From Candidatus Latescibacterota bacterium (GTDB taxonomy: Bacteria; Latescibacterota; UBA2968): 64,000 bases of DNA. Below are positions 58,275 through 64,000 of the stretch, one piece after another (positions within the stretch are counted from its first letter, which is position 1; each line of letters starts with the position of its first letter). Location of the stretch: assembly GCA_965207885.1 (NCBI GenBank), contig OZ242311.1, forward strand, positions 4,096,001 to 4,160,000, written 5' to 3'. The notes under the pieces are model-generated. The model worked only from the letters and a program-made list of their open reading frames with translations. It was not told the origin of the DNA and made no database searches. Position numbers and translations under genes: made by a program.

Positions 58275-61200
58275 ATGAAATATAAAATCCCAAAACTAAA
58301 AATTTTCTCGCTTCTCCCCCCCATCCGCGTCTTACCCTTCCTTTTCTTGTGCGCTACCCTATTGCACGCACCCACATGGGCGCAATCTCAGGCAACCACC
58401 GGCGTTATCCGCGGCTTTGTCTGGGATCAGTTCGGCAACCCCATTGGCAATGCCACCATCGCCCTCAAAGAAACCAGCACCAATTACCGGCGCACCCTCA
58501 CATCATCCGATCTCGGGATATTCACCGCAACCTTGTTACCCCTGGGTTTTTACGACATCACAGTACAGGCGGAAGGACAGGCAGAAGTGCGTCAAACAGG
58601 GGTGCAAGTGCGGGTTGGCGAGACAGTGGAACTCGTCTTCAAAATGGCATTGCAAATGGACGAAGTCCTCATCGAAGCAAAGAGACCCGCCGTTGACATC
58701 ACCCAGAGCGAAACAGCCACGCGCCTGCCCGAAGCAGCCGTGCAGGACCTGCCCAACAACGGGCGCAACTTCCTCAACCTCACGCTGTTGACTCCAGGAG
58801 TGAGCATTGTGCAAGGCCCTGACGGCGATGAATTGACCATTGCCGGACAACGCGGCATACACAACAACATCTCGGTAGATGGCGCGGATTTCAACAACCC
58901 CTTCTTCGGCGAACAGCGCGGTGGACAGCGCCCCGCCTTTACCTTTAATTTAAACGCAGTAGCGGAAATGGTAGTCATATCCCAGGGAGCCAATGCCGAA
59001 TTCGGACGCTCCAGCGGGGGCTTTGTCAATGTCATCACCAAATCGGGCACCAACCAATTCCACGGATCCGTGCATTTTTTTGGCAAACACGACGCCCTGT
59101 CCAGCACAGTTAGGCACAACGGGACGGAACGCACGCCCAATTTCAAACAGGGGCAATTCGGCTTCACCCTGGGTGGCCCTCTAAAAAAGGACAGAGCATT
59201 TTTCTTTGCCGCGTATGACCAGCAAATTTTCAGAGATACCAAACAGAACAATATCGAGCGCGGAGATGCCAGCCTGCGCCACTTCATGGCCTCCGAATTC
59301 AACCTATCCGACGACTACGGCGCCATTGACCGCACCAACGATGCCCGCGCTTTTCTCCTCAAAGTCGATTACCACCTGTCGGAGGAACACTCCGCCACCT
59401 TCAAATACAATTACACCTGGTCCGAACAGGAAAACGGCACCTTTGATGTTGACTCCTGGGCGCGCAGCGCCAATGCGATAGAAAGGGACTGGTCACACGC
59501 CTTTAACGGCAGTTTGATTTCGCTTCTATCCACCAGCACGATCAACGAATTCCGCTTCCAAATCGCCCGCGAAGACCGTCCCCGTCCCTACGGTGGACCT
59601 CACAATCCCAATACCGGGCGGCCCTTTCCCGATACGGGCATGGACTTTGTACACGGCTATCGCTTTGGCATGCCCTTCTTCATCCCCATCGAATACTACG
59701 ACTCTCGCATCCAGTTGCTCAACAATATCTCCATAAGCAAGGACAATCACCTGATCAAAGCCGGGATCGAATGGAACCGCGTCGAATCCGTACAAACCTT
59801 TATCGGTTTTGCCAATGGACGCTACATCTTCAATTCCGTAGATGGCTTTCTCAACTTCGTCCAGCAGAGCAATACCTATGTCGAATGCTCAGACGGCAGC
59901 ACCAGTTCCACCGGGACCTGTCCCGATGGAACGGAAATCACCGGGCCTGTCCTCATCTACTTGCAGCAGTCCGGCGTCGGCGGCCTGAGCGTGGAAGAAG
60001 CGGGCACACAGAAGATCCCCCAGCACGAACTGGCTCTGTTTGTGCAGGACAGTTGGCAACCCTCGAACAAGCTTACACTCAATTACGGCTTGCGCTGGGA
60101 AGCGCAGATCCAGCCCGATGTAATCACCGATCCAGACGAGGTCTTTTTTGCCGATTTCATTGGCAAAACTGTCACTAACGAAACGGGCACATATACATTC
60201 CCATCCAACGGCAAAATTCCCTCTGACTGGGACATGTTCCAGCCGCGGTTGGGCATAGCTTACGATGTACACGGCGACAATAAGACCCTGTTGCGGGGCA
60301 GCGCGGGGATCTATTACGCCCGCATCCCCGGCTTGAACTTAGCCGGCACCCGCTCAACCAATGGCTCGCGCGGGCAATCCATCTTCCGCTCCAGCGCCCT
60401 GACGCCCGTATTGGGTCCGCCTCCACCCTACGGCGAGTTATTGCCCCCACCCCCAGGCGATCCCTTTCGCCCCAATATCTTTGTCTTCGACAAAAATTTT
60501 AAAAATCCCCGCACCATCAGCACACATGTCGGCCTCGAACGCGAATTGCATGCAAAGGGGGTAGTCGGTACCTTCGGCTATACATACTCCCACACCGACA
60601 ATCTCACGCGCTTTGTCAACCGCAACGACGCGGTCTTCGGTTCTCCCTGGTCAACGGGTTTGGGTCCCAATGGCAGCAACGGCCTCGGCGACTTAACCGT
60701 CGTCGAAAGCACGGCCAAATCGCGCTACCACGGCCTCAGCTTTGGGCTGCGCCAGATGGTGCAAGACAAATTCCAATTCCAGATGAACTATACCCTGTCC
60801 TGGGACAAATCCGACGACGACAACGAGCGCGATCCCTTCACCTTCCGCTACGTCGATGCAACGCAATTAGACCGAGAATGGGGCTATTCAGACCGCGACC
60901 AGCGCCACCGCTTCAATCTGTGGACTCTATCCAGATTGCCCGGCGATATATTCATCAACAATCGCATAAGCTACTATTCGGCACAACCCACCTCCGCATC
61001 CTGCACGGGCAAGCCCACGACCAATCCCTGGGGTGCTATCTCTGATCGTATATGCGCCGACGGCAGCATTATTCAACGCAACACCCTTCGTAAAGACAAT
61101 GCGTTTTTCTCCTGGGACACGCGCCTGTCCCACCCCATCCCATTGGGCAACAGCCATCTGGAAGCCATCGTCGAAGTCTTCAACCTGCTCAACACAGACA

Positions 61201-61310
61201 ACTTCCGCGATCCCTCCTCCGCAGGCCTGCTCTTCAACTTTGACGGTACCGTACAATCGGGCCTCGGCGACCCACGCGAAGTGCAAATCGGCATGCGCTA
61301 TGTTTTTTGA
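58275..61310 (+). CDS. TonB-dependent receptor, Oar-like
   Basis: Carboxypeptidase-regulatory N-domain, LPNNGRNF, AEFGRSSGG..TKSGTN, QPRLGIAY, terminal QIGMRYVF. Confidence 0.93.
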   Translation: MKYKIPKLKIFSLLPPIRVLPFLFLCATLLHAPTWAQSQATTGVIRGFVWDQFGNPIGNATIALKETSTNYRRTLTSSDLGIFTATLLPLGFYDITVQAEGQAEVRQTGVQVRVGETVELVFKMALQMDEVLIEAKRPAVDITQSETATRLPEAAVQDLPNNGRNFLNLTLLTPGVSIVQGPDGDELTIAGQRGIHNNISVDGADFNNPFFGEQRGGQRPAFTFNLNAVAEMVVISQGANAEFGRSSGGFVNVITKSGTNQFHGSVHFFGKHDALSSTVRHNGTERTPNFKQGQFGFTLGGPLKKDRAFFFAAYDQQIFRDTKQNNIERGDASLRHFMASEFNLSDDYGAIDRTNDARAFLLKVDYHLSEEHSATFKYNYTWSEQENGTFDVDSWARSANAIERDWSHAFNGSLISLLSTSTINEFRFQIAREDRPRPYGGPHNPNTGRPFPDTGMDFVHGYRFGMPFFIPIEYYDSRIQLLNNISISKDNHLIKAGIEWNRVESVQTFIGFANGRYIFNSVDGFLNFVQQSNTYVECSDGSTSSTGTCPDGTEITGPVLIYLQQSGVGGLSVEEAGTQKIPQHELALFVQDSWQPSNKLTLNYGLRWEAQIQPDVITDPDEVFFADFIGKTVTNETGTYTFPSNGKIPSDWDMFQPRLGIAYDVHGDNKTLLRGSAGIYYARIPGLNLAGTRSTNGSRGQSIFRSSALTPVLGPPPPYGELLPPPPGDPFRPNIFVFDKNFKNPRTISTHVGLERELHAKGVVGTFGYTYSHTDNLTRFVNRNDAVFGSPWSTGLGPNGSNGLGDLTVVESTAKSRYHGLSFGLRQMVQDKFQFQMNYTLSWDKSDDDNERDPFTFRYVDATQLDREWGYSDRDQRHRFNLWTLSRLPGDIFINNRISYYSAQPTSASCTGKPTTNPWGAISDRICADGSIIQRNTLRKDNAFFSWDTRLSHPIPLGNSHLEAIVEVFNLLNTDNFRDPSSAGLLFNFDGTVQSGLGDPREVQIGMRYVF

Positions 61311-61430
61311 CTATATTATATCAAATACCTTGACAGAATCTAAAACTCGGCTACTTTGCAGTTTATATGGCGGCTGTAGAAAGCCGGGATGGGATAGACC
61401 TTTTGCCACGATGCAACAGGGGGACTATTT

Positions 61431-61697
61431 ATGGATACGCACGACAATAATTTGACTGATATCCGGACGATCAAGGCATCGGAGTTCAAGGCCAAATGCC
61501 TCGAGCTAATGGACGAGGCGGCCGACAGTGGCATTGAAATTGTCATTACCAAGAATGGCCGACCTGTATCGCGTCTCGTTCCCTATCGCGAGAAGAAACC
61601 GAACATGTTTGGCAGGGACCGGGACAAAATTCGCATTATTGGCGACATTATTGAACCGATCGGCGTAACGTGGGATGCAGAGAAGGGTAAGACGTAG
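61431..61697 (+). CDS. Phd/YefM family antitoxin
   Basis: ASEFKAKCLELMD..IVITKNGRPVSRLVP. Confidence 0.88.
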   Translation: MDTHDNNLTDIRTIKASEFKAKCLELMDEAADSGIEIVITKNGRPVSRLVPYREKKPNMFGRDRDKIRIIGDIIEPIGVTWDAEKGKT

Positions 61698-61770
61698 AAG
61701 CAGGAGAGGCCCCCGCTTTTATAGCCCACGCATTGAGGGTAATCGCTCGAGCAAAAAAAAGGAGGCGGTT

Positions 61771-61980
61771 ATGATTAGAAGTTTCACATTGGATTTTTGG
61801 ATAGACGATGGTTGGTATGTTGGGAAACTACGTGAGGTTCCTGGTGTATTCAGCCAAGGTGCAAACCTGGAAGAATTAAAAATAAACATCAAAGACGCTT
61901 ATGATCTGATGATGGCAGAAACAATGCAGACTCCTGTAGAAAAGTCCGACTCAGTAGAACTGAAAATGGAAATACCTTGA
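61771..61980 (+). CDS. hicB: HicB family antitoxin (short form)
   Basis: DDGWYVG..PGVFSQG.NLEELK.NIKDA; GGAGG RBS. Confidence 0.88.
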   Translation: MIRSFTLDFWIDDGWYVGKLREVPGVFSQGANLEELKINIKDAYDLMMAETMQTPVEKSDSVELKMEIP

Positions 61981-62159
61981 AGCGAAGAGACCTTGTAAAA
62001 GAATTGACTGATGAAGGATGTTACTTGAAAAGGCATGGTGGAAGGCATGACATTTATGCTAATCCCCAGAACAATATGCAAGCACCAATACCAAGGCATC
62101 GAGAAATTAGGGAAAGTTTATGTAAACTGATTAAAAAACAACTGGGTATAGATTCCTAA
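61977..62159 (+). CDS. hicA: HicA family toxin
   Basis: KRRDLVKEL..RHGGRHDIY.NP..IPRHREI; TTG start overlapping the hicB stop. Confidence 0.88.
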   Translation: MKRRDLVKELTDEGCYLKRHGGRHDIYANPQNNMQAPIPRHREIRESLCKLIKKQLGIDS

Positions 62160-62207
62160 CAATATACCATAAATGTCGCTATCCAATTTTTTTTATATGA
62201 GAAGGAA

Positions 62208-64000
62208 ATGGCAAATACGCGAGAAGAAGTACTAAACACTGTTGTGGCTTCGATACTGTCCAAATATGACAGTATCGAGGCTGCCCCTGAACAGCGCGAA
62301 GGTCCAGAGGCGATTGATATTACGGTGCGACATGAGAATGCCCGCAATACAGAGGTGGTTATTGAAGCCAAAATTGGAACGTCTGCGGGAAAGAGGAAAG
62401 AAGCCGCCAAACAAGTTCGCCAGCGTTTGGAGAGTCGGCCAAGTGCTATGGCATTTGCGGTGTGTTATCCCAATGATCTCAAGGGGCTTGCCTCCCTGTC
62501 ACAACTGGAAACAGGCATGGCAAATACGCAGCAGCTATGTTTTGCCCATGTGACCCGCGTAGGCAAGGCACCCACATGGCGTGAAGGCTCTGTGCAGGAA
62601 TTTGCCAGCGTTTTATTCCAAAATGATCTTCCACAAAGTAATGTTGCGGATGCGATTGAGTATTCGGTTCGCCAAGCGGCAGACTTTATACAATCCGACA
62701 GAGAACTTTTCAACAAAAACTTTGCACCGTTGCTTGCCAAAGCACTGGCCTTGCCATCCGGAACCGAGAGGGATAACCGCGCTGCGGTGCTGATAGCTGC
62801 GCTGATGGTATCCAATGCCGCTTTGCTGCACCATCGGTTGCGGGTGGTGGATAGCCTTTCAGAAGTGCCAACCTTGAAGGACTGTATGGCAGGGCGATAG
62901 GCTTCTTTCAGCAATGACATCTGCTTGGGAATCCATATTAGAAATTGACTACCATCCCGTATTTGACCCTGCGGTATCGGTATTGGAAGCCTTTATGGAA
63001 GTAAAGAGCAGTGCGCGTATGCTTGCTGTCAATGCTATTCATTTGCTCGTCGAAAATGCCCTTGCACATGCAGATGATTTGGCTGCGCTGCGTTTCGATC
63101 ATGCGGGGCCATTATACCATCGCCTATTGGAATCGGCAAGGTATGATGGATCATTTTACACCAATAATATCTCTGCATTGTTGCTTTCCCGATTGGCTAT
63201 ACAAGAGAATTTTGCCGACTGGTCAGATTTGGACCGTCTGCGCGACCTTAAAGTGATTGACCCTGCCTGTGGAACAGGAACGCTGTTAATGGCCGCCATG
63301 CACACCATCCGTGATAGGTATATCAATGCTTCTGGCCGCGATATTGATTTGCTGCATTTGTGTTTGGTAGAAGATGTGCTTCATGGCCTGGACATCAATA
63401 GGCATGGCATCCAGTTAGCCGCCTGCAACTTGACGCTTGGTAATCCGCGTGTGGATTATACAAAGATGAATCTGCATACGATGCGCCATGGACCCCAACC
63501 TAACGGAGAAGTAAAGATAGGATCAGTGGAACTGCTTGCCACTGCACAGGATGATGGAGAACCAAACCTCACACAGTTTGTTTTACCACTGCCAAGAATG
63601 GAGGCTCTTGGAGCAGAACGCGCTCAGCCCGGCGAATCGTCCGATGATTCTTATATGGAGAAATTTGATGTTGTGATCATGAACCCGCCGTTTACCCGCA
63701 ATGATATACGCAATAGGCAATATACCGCGAGTGATCGTAAGCGTATTCAGGATCGAGAAAAGCAAGTTGTTGACTTTGTTCTGAGGCATAATCCAGAAGC
63801 CGGTGAAGCCATAGATCATACCAATGCGAGAGGCTTTTTTACGCCATTGGCGGATATGTTGTTAAAGGAGAAAACGGGTGTATTGGCTAAAGTTCTTCCG
63901 ACAACAGCTTTGATTGGCGCATCAGGAAAGCAGGAGCGCATGTTTCTTGCGAATCGTTTTCAGATTGAGACCATTATTACCAGCCATGACCCATCGCGTG
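62208..64000 (+). pseudogene. Type IIG/IIL-like restriction-modification gene (N6-adenine MTase), +1 frameshift near 62893; runs off the window
   Basis: N-terminal PEAIDI..VIEAK nuclease-like motif; after the shift the +1 frame gives VIDPACGTGTLL (motif I) and DVVIMNPPF (motif IV). Confidence 0.8.

Noticed and set aside
61368-61410. Possible small structured RNA (GGCGGCTGTAGAAAGCC...GCCA) upstream of the Phd gene
   Set aside because: Only a short weak hairpin, single copy, no recognisable family
62890-62900. Phase-variable homopolymer switch in the RM gene
   Set aside because: The G run is only three bases, too short for typical slipped-strand phase variation

Overview
A gene-dense bacterial chromosome window of moderate GC. 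Its content suggests an FCB-group or Gemmatimonadota/Latescibacterota-like heterotroph such as a sponge symbiont; this is inference from four PhyH dioxygenases, a sulfatase, an Oar-type TonB receptor, EF-hand secreted proteins and TA clusters. It contains three tRNAs (Leu-TAA, Cys-GCA, Leu-CAG). An AT-rich islet of gene fragments and MNT-HEPN/HNH genes lies 3' of tRNA-Leu(TAA). Other blocks are an 8-gene MoxR/DUF58/BatA-vWA/DUF4159/DUF4175/TPR-peptidase operon, a cobalt-type nitrile hydratase cassette next to tRNA-Leu(CAG), and a GH29 fucosidase/PhyH/TonB-receptor locus. At the right edge are TA genes and a frameshifted N6-adenine methyltransferase/RM gene. The most unusual signal is non-coding: a 31-37 nt hairpin element (GA[A/G]CGGTGTACAACTGG...CCAGTTCA) occurs four times, plus one related variant. 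Every copy sits inside a different host repeat (octamer/heptamer tandem repeats or a GTAG REP palindrome). No CRISPR array, rRNA, integrase or transposase was seen. All product calls come from motif recognition by eye; no database search was run.
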